Of a stretch of DNA of 64,000 nt, positions 52,301 to 64,000 are shown one piece after another. The position numbers were made by a program, and so were the translations under genes. The notes below the pieces were generated by a model, which did no database searches, was not told the DNA's origin, and was given only the letters and a program-made list of their open reading frames with translations. Position 1 is the first letter of the stretch. Each line of letters begins with the position of its first letter. The stretch spans positions 868,001 to 932,000 of the forward strand of contig NC_087461.1 of NCBI RefSeq assembly GCF_036321535.1, written 5' to 3'. Origin of the DNA: Camelus dromedarius (Eukaryota).

Positions 52301-54310
52301 CTGTCTCTCAAGACTTTTCAGCCTGAAAGTGTATTTTCATCTGTGAAGGTCCACTGAACCTGTCTTTTATGGTGACTGACTGTATAATATTGTCTTTAAA
52401 AGTAAGCAGTAAGCAGGGTTTAAGAATAAAATAAAAGCTACTAGTAAATATTTAGCATCTTTTACTTTTGAATAATAGATTTTGATTGGTTGAGAAACTT
52501 TCAAGGTTATTTCATACTAAATGTAATAACGTATTTCTTTTAAAATTGTGGATGAAAATGGACTCCAAAGATCCAGGAAATGTAGGAATGTTTAAGTATC
52601 TTGATGCTGAAATTAATTGTCTCCTAACCCCTGCTGAGCAGGAGTACAACAATGAAGCTGGAGGCAACCTGGCCCATGACTCCACAGCTGCTTCTCACGG
52701 ACGGTGCTCCATTTCTGCTTCGCTCTATTATTTTTAAAAGGTCCTGAAAAGAAAATAATATGCTAGTTCTTATTTATAAGCTATTGAAACAAAACCCATT
52801 CATTTTATGCAAGAAGAGCATTTATTAGATGTGTAGAGTGGATCCGAGACTGGACGGGCCGGGGGCTGAGATAACGAGGAAGGTTCCAAGCTGGGTGGGG
52901 GGACAGTGGGCCCCTCCATCACTGCTGCCTCCCTCCTCCTCCGGCTGCTGGGCCAGGCTCTGGACGCCGTCCTGGACAATCACATTGGTCAGCGGCCAAT
53001 TCTGCTTTGCAGAAGGTGCCCCAAGTCCTTGGTTCTGGGCTCCGAGTCACGTCCCAGCGCTCAGGCTCCAGACACAAGGCACCGGCCGCGCTGGCTTACC
53101 GTGTCAGGAAGGTGACTTCTGCTCAGAGTAAGGACAGTAACCCTGAATCTGGGCAGCTACGTCCAGCATGGCTGGTGACAGTAATAAAGGTGTTACAGGG
53201 CCTAAGAAATGGGCGGTTCTTAGGAAGAAAATAGAAGCTTTAGATAGATTCAAGATCATAAACAGTCCACTCAGCAGCAGAGTCTGTGAAGACGTTCAAC
53301 GCGTTCAATCACTTGGACGCCCCCTAAGCTGCAGGCCACCAAGCGCTGGTGCGAAGCAAGGCAGTGATGCTTGTCTCCCAAAGGTTTTAAGGCTGAAGTA
53401 AGTTTAGAAAACACCACATGCTTCTCTTCACCTGGGGCAGTCTCAAAAGATGCACTGGACTCTGTGGAGACTCCCAGCAAAGCAACTGCTGAATTTATGT
53501 ACATCAGAATACCCCAAACTTAAAAAAAAAAAAGTCTTGCATGTTGTCTGGAACTTCACCTGGAAATTTTACTTCACTCCATTCTGCAGGAGCAGTGTCC
53601 TGCTATAAAAGCACTGGCCGACTTAACAGTCACACAGCTCTGAGTACTTATCTCTTACGGACACCACGGGTCTACTGGAAAGAATATTGTAATAACATGA
53701 AAAATTAAATGCTGTATTATACTTTAGTGAGAATTAGACAAATGTAAATCAGAAACGCCACACCCACAAACGTACAGGTGATGTAGTTCAGGAAAATACA
53801 GCAAAGGAGGGAGGGACGTCATGAGGGGGGTCCTCGAGTACTTAGTGGAGTAGTGATGCTCAGTATGGTTTCGTAAGCTACGGGGCGTGTGACTGATCAA
53901 CCATCTAAATTGGGATGCTAATGGCACTGAAATGGGCATCAGGTCGAATCCGTCCCGAACGACAGGTGTGCCCACAGGCCACCTGGACACACCATTACCC
54001 TCCTTAAGAGACAGTTGGCGAAGGCCTGATAGTCCGCTGAAAGCACATTTTGAGACAGCAACTAATGTAGCAGTGAGCTGAAAAAATGAGAAGTACAGCA
54101 TTGAGAAGGAAGACAGGTAAGGAACAGTGAGTCGATGGTCATTTTCTGACTCGTGCGTGCCCGGTGTCTTGGCAACACCTGCTCAGTGTGGATGTTCCCA
54201 CTTGCAAGGTTATCAGGAAGTTTAAAACATTCATTGTTTTTCCTTAAATAAGTCTACACTAAATATCATGCATTTGATCTTTCCATTGATTCAATAAAAG
54301 TGATTCCAAA

Positions 54311-54584
54311 CAGAAATAGACTCATAGACATAGAATACAAACTTGCGGTTGCCAAGGGGGCGGGGGGGTGGGAAGGGATAGACGGGATTTCAAAATTGTA
54401 GACTAGATAAACAAGACTATACTGTATAGCACAGGGAAATATGCACAAGTTCTTGTGGTAGCTCACAGAGAAAAAAATGTCTCAGTGAATATATATATGT
54501 TCATGTATAACTGAAAAATTGTGCTCTACACTGGAATTTGATACAACATTGTAAAATGATTATAAATCAATAAAAAATTTAAAA
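54311..54584 (+). mobile_element. Young 5'-truncated LINE-1 3' end (camelid-type) with perfect TSD
   Basis: cagaaatagactcatagacatagaatacaaac...gcacagggaaatat...ataactgaaaaattgtgctctacactggaatttgatacaacattgtaaaatg...aataaaaaattt followed by an A-tail. Perfect 15-bp direct repeat AAAAGTGATTCCAAA at 54296-54310 and 54585-54599, with a T/AAAA endonuclease-type site. Confidence 0.95.
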
Positions 54585-56537
54585 AAAAGTGATTCCAAAA
54601 TTACAAAGCCATTGTGAAACTTGATAAGAAATACAATGAACATACCTGAAGGGAAAACCAGTGCTCGTCTGAATGAAATGCAGGGTGATGCTAATGACCG
54701 AATCTCAGTTTTAAGCTCAAGACTCCTGCCTTCCTCAGCTGGAGGGGCCTTGGGGTCGAGACTGACCGGAACAGGGTAACTGATACATCACCATTCAACT
54801 TGCGTAAAGAAGTCAAGTCACTTAAAAAATCAGGCGGCCAAGGGAAAGAAACAAACCAAAACACTGCAAGAGGTCAAAGTTTACTGTGTTTTAAGGGTTC
54901 ATGCCGATGTAAAAAAATTCAGAAAGAACAAGTATTGAAAATAAACTTTAAAGCCATAAGCCCATTATGAGAGCACTTTCTAAACTGGCATGCTTTACTC
55001 TGAGAGATTATATTTACACTAAGCGACTTGGCTGTTCTGTTTCTGTACTTGTGCAAGGCACACGGGTGCACCCACACTCACACTCTCACACACACACACA
55101 CTCGAAGACACTCAGGTAAGGGGCAACTCCTACTGTGAGTGAGGTGAGAGCTGGAAGACACTGCTACAAACGGAGTTTTAGGCGTTGTTCCTGCGTCAGC
55201 AGGGAAGTCCACAGAAGCCCATTGGAGCCGCGAACACCGACCGCCACCTGCGACCCGAGTCCCAGGTATGAGCTGCACCAGACCGGCTCCGGGTCCCTTC
55301 CCTTCCGTCTGCAGGGGTGCCACCTGTGTTTCCACCCCTCCTCAGCTCCTCCCGGGGCCCCACCAGGGTCTCCGACAGCCCCACAGAATGAGCGGGGAGG
55401 GTCTAAAGAAATCTGCTCGGGCCACTCTCCTCTCCAGTTCATGGCACGAAGCGGCCTCCCACTCTTACCTCTGGAGAAAAGGGAAGACTTCCAGGCCCAC
55501 TATAAACACAGTGTCACCCAGAACGGGAGACTTGTTTACAAAGGAGTTTTAAAAGCCCGGAAGTCTACCTGTGTGTTTCTGTAAAATGGTTTTATAAATA
55601 AGATATTGAACAGACGGGAAGAACAATTTTAGTCTGTGCCCAGTTGCAAATATTCCCTTTCTGTTACTTTCCCTTTGTTACGTCCTGGGAACAGTCTGTT
55701 TACTCATGAGGGTCTCTGCTATTTAACTGTCCTGTTTCAAAGTTGGCACTTCCAGGCTCAGGCATCATATGCTGCGTTCAGATGTCCTGTGTGACTCTTC
55801 TCTCCCCAAGCTTGCTTTGCAATCCACTTTTCATGCGTTTACTCAGTGAATTTGAAATGGAACCTGCATGTTTACCTGCGGCTTTAAGTTGATTGTGACT
55901 TTGTATCACCAGCCCAGACCCTGAGCTGGTTTAATCTGGGAAACTGGAACATTAAACTCATCCTTTATGCAGGAAAGTGGGTGAAACCTGTCCTGTACAC
56001 AAACACACATGCAAGGTAGGACAGAACGTTCTCATTTTAAATCCAGATGCACAGTAACCAAAAGGGTATTTAAATACAATGAGGGCCTTTTATAGCATTC
56101 AGATTTAGTTCCAGGGCTTCACTGAATGGAGAGCAGTCTTCATTTACACTGCAAAATATTAACTACACTGAGTGTCATAATAAGCCATGTGCTCGTCTGG
56201 GTACACACGTCATGTGCACTGTGCATGCAGAGGCTGTGTATGAACAGCACATAGGCTATGTTTGTATCTGATTTTTAAAAACAGAATTTAAAATTTCCTC
56301 ACCTCCAATATCAACATATTAATTCATTGCAGTTCTTGAACATTTTTATTTTGTGCAAGAACTAGCATTTATTTTGGAGTGAATACGTATTAATAGCTGT
56401 CTGAACAATGAAGACGCCGTGTCCAAGTTGGTCGCACCGTCTGAGAGTTCCTTTAGCCTTCAGATCAGCCTGAAGAGGCTCCTTCAGCAAATGAAGGCCC
56501 CGCATACATGTGTACTTACACATATGCAAATACACCT

Positions 56538-56562
<25 letters not shown>
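56538..56562 (+). repeat. (AC)12 microsatellite
   Basis: Read directly. Confidence 0.97.
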
Positions 56563-56570
<8 letters not shown>

Positions 56571-57419
56571 ACAACGTCACGAGCTGCTTTTGTGCTGTTC
56601 AGCGTCTTGTCTTTATGAAGACAGGAAGCGCAGAACCTTGGGGTTCCCCCATTTCACGGCTCCATGCCACGGCGTTTTGGGCACTGGTGACAATCCTGAG
56701 ACTCCGTGTCCACAGGGCCCCTGAGTGGCAGTGAGCCCCTCCTGTCGCCTCACCCTCGGGGTCCCCTCCTTCCCACGACGTGCACTCACGGGATGGCTCT
56801 CGGCACCTACGCGCTCAGTTCCACACCCAGGAGCACCTGACTCTAACCCAGTGCCCAGCTTTAGGGAGTGGCCACCTAGCTCTTTGCATCGCTGTCTCAT
56901 CCAGAAACACAGAGAGAGGGCCCTCAGCTGACGAGCCCCGAGGTTCCCCTTTACCCCCAACAGGAAACACAGGGCCGACCCTGCTCCCTAGGACAGAGAG
57001 CCCTCAGCGGGGCATGGGCGTGGCCTCGGCCCTCTCGCTCAGAGTCACGAGAGTTCACACCACCTTTAACTACAAACGGGGTCTTCAGAGGGGCTGGAAA
57101 GGAGGAGACCAAAGGCAGAAGACCATCAGTCCATGGAGGTTCACAGCACCACGTCAGAGGGCATCGCTCACAACAAATAATCAAGAAGAAAAAATACGGA
57201 CGTTATTGAATCAAAGCTGGTGTTAGTCCAGCTCTACTAGTACTTCTCATCCTCGAGAGATTTCAGGGTTCACCTGCTAGAGATACTACGGTGAGGAAAT
57301 GGAACATGAATTTTCCAGCCTGACTGAGGTAGAGATGACGTTTCTGGAGAGAGGCCTCTGATACAGGGCAATATGCTTCGGTTTCAGGGAACTTCTCTAA
57401 AGGTGAACAGACAGTGCTC

Positions 57420-57740
57420 TTCTGTGTGCCCCCAGATTCTTACATTGAAGCCCCAACTCCCAGTCCCTCAGAACCCTTTGGAAACGTGGTTCTACAGAGG
57501 TGATGAAGGTAAAATGAGGTCACTAGGGAGGGTCCTGACCCCACAGGACTGGTGTCCTTAGAAGAACAGGCGATCAGGACACAGACACGCACAGAGGGGA
57601 GACCAGGTGGGGACGCGGGGACAGAGGCCTCGGGAGAAACCGGCCCTGCGACACCCGGGGCTCCCTCTCCAGCTTCCGGGACTGGGAGGGAACACAGCGC
57701 TGCTGTGGTGTTTGTCAGAGCGCCAGGCTGACCAGCATAC
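57420..57740 (+). mobile_element. MLT1A/B-type (ERVL-MaLR) solo LTR
   Basis: ctgtgtgcccccagattcttacattgaagccccaactcccag...tttggaaacgtgg...aaaatgaggtca...gactggtgtcctta...ggacacagacac...agaggcctcgggagaaaccggccctgcgacacc...ctgtggtgtttgt is collinear with the MLT1A/B consensus. Confidence 0.88.
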
Positions 57741-59759
57741 GGTCTCTCCACACTTCCGTGCACAGTTACCTTAGACTGACAAGTACAAAAAGACCCCTCG
57801 GCTCTAAATTTTATCTTAAAAGTTCATTACAGGTCACCGAGGAACGACAGACGTTTTGGTACTTGCTGTGTACACGTGTGTATTTATGCCCACATGTATG
57901 CACCTGAAATGCATGTGAAACACATGTCCCTCTCACAGTCTTACGTTTCAAATGCCGTTCCTCTTTTGCAGATAAGGCGATGGTGCAGCAGAGAAAAATT
58001 CCTGGGGTAGAACAGGGAAGTCGCTCATTTATTGAGCGACTCGTTTTTGGTTCTTATCGTCAGGGCCAAACGGGCAGTGGCTGATTACACTTGACTCATC
58101 AACACAGCTGCTGCAAGCCCATGAGCAGAGTCTCAGCAAAACGACTCTTTCAGGGTTTGTCCTCCCTGGTGTTTTGTTAACCTCTTGGGTGAGGCCAACG
58201 TTCTGTAGAACAGACACATCCCGCCCCGTGACTGCTAGCTCATGGACTTCGCCTGTGGTGTGGGCAAACTCAGCCTCCCCGCTCCTGGACCAGGGGGTCC
58301 AGGGACCTCACACAGGCCGCGTCACGCTGCCTGTTCCTAGTTACTTTATCAAGCGTGGAGGGCTTGCTCCTGCTGTGAACCCAGAGTAGAAGGCCATTCC
58401 TTCTCGCAGAACTACAGCGGGATAAGTCACTTAACATTGCTCCCAAGTTGGAGAGAAGATCACGGACCAGGAAGAGGACGGCCTTCCTGGGGCAACGCCA
58501 AGAGGGAACTCCAGAGGGAGACACTTACTGGAGTTGCAGGAGGTAACGTCTCTGCTTCGGATGTGAACTCTGGGTATTTTCAGACGCAGAGGTGGCTTCT
58601 GATACCAGTGATGAGAACCCCACACAAGGAAACAATATTTCAGGGTAGACAGACACAGTGGAGGGCCAGCTCAGCCTGACCTCCAGGAGCAGGAAAGTCC
58701 AGGCGAGTCCAGAGGGAAGACAGGTTCCTTGACCCCCTTGGATTAAGGGTGAAGCAGGTTTCAGTGAAGAGGCACGAATGCTAATACAAGATTTCTGCTG
58801 TGTATCATTTACAATCCATTTTGCACAAATGTATACAAATGGGATGTAGCATTAAACCCTTTGTATGATTTCAGTTTTATCAATTTGCATTTTTAGTTTT
58901 TCCCTGATGTGCAAGTTTGAAAACATCCCTAAGTGTCATCACCGAGAGAGACTGAGCCCGACGCACGGCAGCCGGAGCGGGCAGACCATGCAGGCCCTGC
59001 GCCCAGAGCTCTGCCTCCCGGTGACTGACGTGTGTGAGATGGAGACAGAGGACACGGCCGGGGGAGGGACAGGTCTCTCCAAGGTCATCTAATAGGTAAA
59101 ACATAAGAAAGACCAGGAACAGGGGACAGGCTCAGCGCCGCGTCTTTGTCACGACGAGTCCCGCGACCACAGAGCTAAGCGACGAGGTGGTGGGTGCAGC
59201 CCCGTGGCTGCTAGGACCTCCAGGCGGAGGGGCCGCCCTTGGCCAAGGAGGAGGCCGAGGCATGTCACGAGGCAGGCTCCTGGTTTCCGAGTTTGCCGGG
59301 CCCGGTGCGAGGCCTCTGTGCTGCACAGACGGGCCGATGCTCGCCCTCAGCAGGGGACAGAGGGGGACTTCTGCGACCCGAGACGCAGGACGCAGCTGTC
59401 TGTGGGTGGTCTCGGAGGAGTCCAGGCACGGGCTGCAGGCGTGGGAGGACAGACGTGCCCCCGCGAGGCTGGCCGCGATGGGCCTCTGTGCCCAAGCTGG
59501 GGGCACGGGAGGGGTGCCAGGCTTGTGGACACGAACCTCTGGAATTTGTTTGGTCTGAGGTCCCATGTCACTCCACCACAACAGTGTCCGTGAGCACACA
59601 GCACGGCTGGTTTGGCCAACACCTGGTGTGTCTTGCCAGCCTTCTGAAAGGGGGTTTGTGAGATACCTCTGCAGCACAGACTCCGGGAAGCTGGGACCAC
59701 AATGAGCCGCAGCTTCCGGCTCTCTTAGAACGTCTCTGGAGCTTCTGCGACTTAAATCC

Positions 59760-59822
59760 TGCCATTTAGCCAGTGGCTGACACATAAAGCTGTCCATAAA
59801 TGTTTGCTGAATGAATAAATTC
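59760..59822 (+). mobile_element. L2 extreme 3' tail
   Basis: ttagccagtggctgacacataaagctgtccataaatgtttgctgaatgaataaat matches the L2 terminus (ctagcacagtgcctggcacatagtaggcgctcaataaatatttgttgaatgaatgaat). Confidence 0.65.
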
Positions 59823-62800
59823 AAATTTACATAGCAATGACTTATAAATAAGTCAGTCGGTGCCCTTTATACATTTTTGGTCTAAATCTGATAATTAACT
59901 CTGCAGGCACCACTCATTGATGGGGGACCGTGAGAGAGCCTGTGCACTAACTTCTGGAAACACAGCGAGCACACCTGGCCCCCCCCTGGAGAAACCACCA
60001 GGCATGCAGCCCCACAGCCGCCAGTCAGACCTGCAGACGGCTCCACAAAACCAGCGTGGGAGAGGCCCCCTTCCCGAGCGGTCGTCACCCCCAAGGGGGC
60101 CCCTGAGACCATCCCACTCACAGGCCCCCCCCAGTGTTTGTCCCCTGTGTAAACTGCAGCAGCGCATGCGATCACACCCAGTCTCCTTACATCTTCCCTT
60201 TTACTAGGTTCTGACTATTTTTTTGCACAACCCTTATTTCAAAAATGAAATCAGTTTTCTCAGCGGATTTTAATTGAGCAGCTACTATGTTTTGACACTG
60301 TGGAGAGAATGTAAATGCTCAAACCTAAAGGGGTTTGTATTTTACTGATTTAGTTTTGATATAAGAGGCTTCACCAAATGATAAAAGAAATACAACAGAA
60401 ATTCAGTTTCGTAATATGTGTGATAATACTGTGCATTTAAACAAATTCCCATAGGGCCTCACGGCACTGGGGTCGTGGCGGGTCGTCTTTGTCTGATTTT
60501 ACTTTTGTTTGTCTATATCCCCAAATCCAATATAAGCTCTGAGAGGATCCTGCCGACTTTTTTCCCTTGTGTCTTTTCAGTTCTGAGCTGTCACCCAGCC
60601 CCTGGTAGGAGCCCGAGGAGACCCAACTGCAAATGAGTGAGAGGTACGTACACACGTCAAACAAACCCCGTCTGAACTGACATACAGTGTTTAAGGCAAA
60701 GTGCAAACAGAGCAGATCTGGACCTCATGTGCCACACTTTTCAACAAAGCGCCCCTCCTGTTTCGGAAGATACAGAAAATAAGACGCAGGCAGAGGAACT
60801 CTGACCTGAGCAGAGGAAGGAGGAGGTTCACAGGTTACTCCCTGCCCCCTCCCTCCCCTCTATTAAGACCCCTTCCTGCCGCCACAGTTTCTGTTTCTGT
60901 CTTACGTTACGGTGTAAGAGGACAGATTAATTTTTATTAGAGACAGAGACAAAAAGATTTATTTCACTTCATGGAATTTTAATTTTTTTAAATGATGTTT
61001 TCCTTAAATTGATATTTTCATCAATACTAAAAAGCATGATTATAAACCAAAGGGATTTTTTTCAGCATCTCTCAAGGAGTTTCTGATCTCAGTTTAGTCA
61101 AGATTTTTTTTCTATACGTGATTTTTAAAATATTCATTTAAAAACGAGTATATATTAGACATCCATTGTTCCAGACAGCTGATGGAGAATCTTAATATTT
61201 CAATATTCACTATTTCAATAAATACTTATATGTATTTCAAATCGTGAGTCTGTCATCTGTATATACGACATGCCTAGATTAAGAATCTCCAGAAAGTACA
61301 ATTTTTAATGACTTGAATTCTATTCATTATCTACATGCAAAAGCCTAAATTATACTTTAACTTCTCTAAAATTAAAACACTCAAGTGGTAACAATTAAAT
61401 TATATAAACGTTCCCATTGTTTAGATCTTAAAAAAACAGCCTCAGAGTCCTAAATACTCGCGAAGAAAGTGTTTCCCTGGGTTGCAAGCAGCGCTGAACA
61501 GACACCGCCCACAGCCCTGCCAGGCCTGGCGCGGGCCTGGGCCGACACAGGCACTGCCGCCAGGGCCACGTCAGACAGCGCGGCACCTGCTCGCAGGCCA
61601 CACCGTTCCAGGGCTGTCCACGTTAGTACGTCCCCGCGCTGCTGTCTCCGAGTGTTTACAAAGCTACTATTTACCCTAGGGACATGGCAATGATTTTTAT
61701 TTCCAATTTACTTCTTCTTCAGAGAGAAAATTAGCAGCATGGATGCATTTGAATTTTTAAAATTTCTCCTTGAACCGTTACGTTTTGAATTAAAAAGTCA
61801 CTTTCTGTTAGAGCCCGGATGGCCCTTTGCAGACTTTCACCTGCAGTATTAATATTTGGAGTTGAAATACAAATAAAATATCTCTATGTCTGTGGTTAAA
61901 GCAGGCCTTCCGTGCTTTACTCACCTAAGGAGCAGTAAAAGGTATTCTCCTTAATGCTCTTTTGCTCAACACCAAATTTATAAGATATCTCTTCTAAACT
62001 GTACCTGACCGTGCCTGGGCCGCCCGCCACGTTTCGCAGAAAGGGAGCGTGCTTCCTTTAAGGACGCAGAGTGCCACCGCCATAAGCCAAACGCGGGGCA
62101 GCATCTGCTGCAGACAGGGATGAGCGAGCCCAGCCAGACCCGCGGGTGGGGGAGGTCAAAATCCATTCTGCTGACATTTCTGTCATGTTTATTAAATTGG
62201 ACTTTTCCAAAAGCAATTAAACTTTTAGGAAACACTGCATTAATTTCAAAGAAAGGGCATCTGTGCACTTCCGACGGACCTAGACTGGCAACATTGTTTT
62301 CCGATCCGTTATTGCTGTCCCAGGTGTCTGCTGTGAGCCACTGCCTCAGGATTCGCAAGTCCTGCTTCTCGTCTGTTTCTAACAGCAGGAAGGGTACGAC
62401 TTGGGGGAGCATCTTTGACCGGGGACAGGCTCTAGCTCCGGAGAGCCAGGTCGCGTCCTATTTTGGGGCCGTATTTGAGAAGTCATGTGAGACATCCCAA
62501 AGTGACGAGGCAGCTCTTCCGGGTATAGGCAAGGGAAACAAGAATTAGAGATTTCATCTCAAATAAATGGAGCGGCAAAGATTAATTAAATCTATAAAAT
62601 TCTCCAAAGCACATCCCGGTTGAGGTATTTAAAGGACCCCTCTACTGCGTGCGATCACCTGGAGGCCTGAGCTAACATCTGGGTGTAACAGTCACCTGCA
62701 TCTAGCAGAGACCAGAGAAGAGGGTTCACTAATACGTTCTGAGCAATACTAGTTTCACTTACTATCCCAATGGCGAAACAGCAACCGAAGCCTTGCTCTC

Positions 62801-64000
62801 TTTGGTGACTATGTTCCCTGTGGGCACTGTTCTAAAAGCCTTCGAGGAATGCCTTTACCCAGAGTTTTGCCAAGTTGAACAGGTAACTGCACTGTAAATG
62901 ACAGCTGTCCTGTCCCACCTTTTGTCTACACCGCCAGCTCCTCTCCCGAGTCATGGGGGGTTTGACCCTGGCAGGTGTGGACACGAGCTGCAACTTTTCA
63001 GCCTGAGACCAGCGACTGTGAGCGCTCGCGCTGGGGCTTCGCTGGCGGGTACACAGACTCCCCTCTCTGCGGCGAAGCCACCCCTGGGGCCGCCTCCAGT
63101 CCTGTGATTCTGAGTGAACACAGCTTTAAAAGGGCTTTTAAAATTTCATCGCTTAGGGATTCAGAAGAAACGGTCTTAAAATCTAAAAGTCACCTGAGCA
63201 TTTGTATGTCTCTTCCATCTTAAACATGAATGCTACTTTTCATCATTATAAACGCTCCGTTTATTGGGCGCTATTTCTTAATCAAGCACAAAATGCCCTC
63301 TTTAGTACGAACACAAAACTTACATGACCTGCTAGCTATTTTTTGAAATTTAAAAAATTCCGACGTTAACTGTTGATAATTTCCATAATTTAAACAGATG
63401 GCAGTGAACTTGTGTGTGTGTTTTATGACACAAAGGACACACTTATTAGCCACTTGCTTACCAGCTGTGTTCACTCCTCACCGGTAAGATAACAAAATGA
63501 AATTATTTTGCGGCCCTTCAGACTTCACTCCTGTAGCTGGAGTAAGAGGGAACTCAGGCACTCAGATTAACTCATTTCCAAATATTCATCGTTCTCCGGA
63601 AAAAGAGTCTGCTGTCTTTGTGAGTGGCCACGTTTGCTCTGGGGAAGATGACTGACATCTTAAAAAGCAAACACAGCCACTTCCAGGCTGCTGTTTTTCG
63701 GGTGCGGTTCCCCGGAAAATGGGTTTGCTCACAGATCTGCGGATGGAGATTTTGGGCTCGAAGGGCTGCATCTGCAGTGATGCTGCTTACACAAAACCAG
63801 GAAATCGGACGCAACAGCCCCCTGCCCCCAGTTCCTTTTAAATAAACAAGGAAATAAAATTTTAATCACCCAAGAGGGGTATTTGGAACCAAGGCAGTCA
63901 CACGCACGAGCACAAGAGTCCTCACATTTAAAGATTTCTAAGTGTGCCCTCCCCTTTCCGTCTCCTGAAGTCCCGCAGGAGCATATCAGATTCACGTGTC

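Noticed and set aside
53101-53202. Minus-strand exon-like segment (ttcttAG|G ... ACG|GTAAGC)
   Set aside because: All three frames contain stops. It could be a non-coding exon, but such pairs arise by chance in 64 kb and I have no other support.
53724-54101. Minus-strand ORF with LRR-like words (AFSGLSGLRQLSL; LTSLPPLLYFPELHHL)
   Set aside because: The spacing does not fit LxxLxLxxN, the two words are not in a regular repeat register, and the implied 79-nt exon (53999-54077) is not a typical LRR-module exon.
62280-62385. Minus-strand exon candidate ETDEKQDLRILRQWLTADTWDSNNGSENNVASL
   Set aside because: It looks protein-like, but the donor (GTCCGT) is poor and I recognise no homologue. TBLASTN would be needed to revive it.
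1-64000. Hundreds of 60-290 aa ORFs in the supplied track as protein-coding genes
   Set aside because: Many start at GTG/TTG, overlap on both strands, and are rich in Pro/Gly/Arg/Ala as expected from GC-rich non-coding DNA. None matched a protein I recognise except the L1 ORF2 remnants.
1-64000. CRISPR arrays, operons, rRNA/tRNA or other prokaryote-style systems
   Set aside because: The sequence is mammalian (L1, L2, MIR, MLT). I saw no regularly spaced repeat-spacer array or structural RNA gene.

Overview
This is mammalian genomic DNA, GC- and CpG-rich by eye, with interspersed AT-rich patches and a 173-N assembly gap (20929-21101). It is most likely camelid: two TSD-flanked LINE-1 3' ends (40163-40476, 54311-54584) resemble cetartiodactyl/camelid L1 3' UTRs as I recall them, and I saw no Alu, Bov-tA/BovB, PRE1, CHR or CAN SINEs. 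I could not recognise any protein-coding exon. The only ORF-track entries with real homology are decayed L1 ORF2 pieces (about 40.7-41.3 kb and 46.7-48.1 kb); the other ORFs look like chance open frames in GC-rich DNA. The window reads as intronic or intergenic. It contains old repeats (L1M, L2, MIR, MLT1), microsatellites, one CpG island (about 18.15-18.97 kb) with two GTGAGT donors on the minus strand that suggest 5' exons of a leftward transcript, and several enhancer-like patches. I found no convincing novel biological system. The best second-look items are an apparently age-dependent AT-to-GC drift in repeats, a 5'-inverted L1 whose inverted block is bounded by a 9-bp direct repeat, an excess of CACGTG, and candidate regulatory elements. 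Repeat family names come from remembered consensus motifs, not a database search, and most repeat boundaries are approximate.
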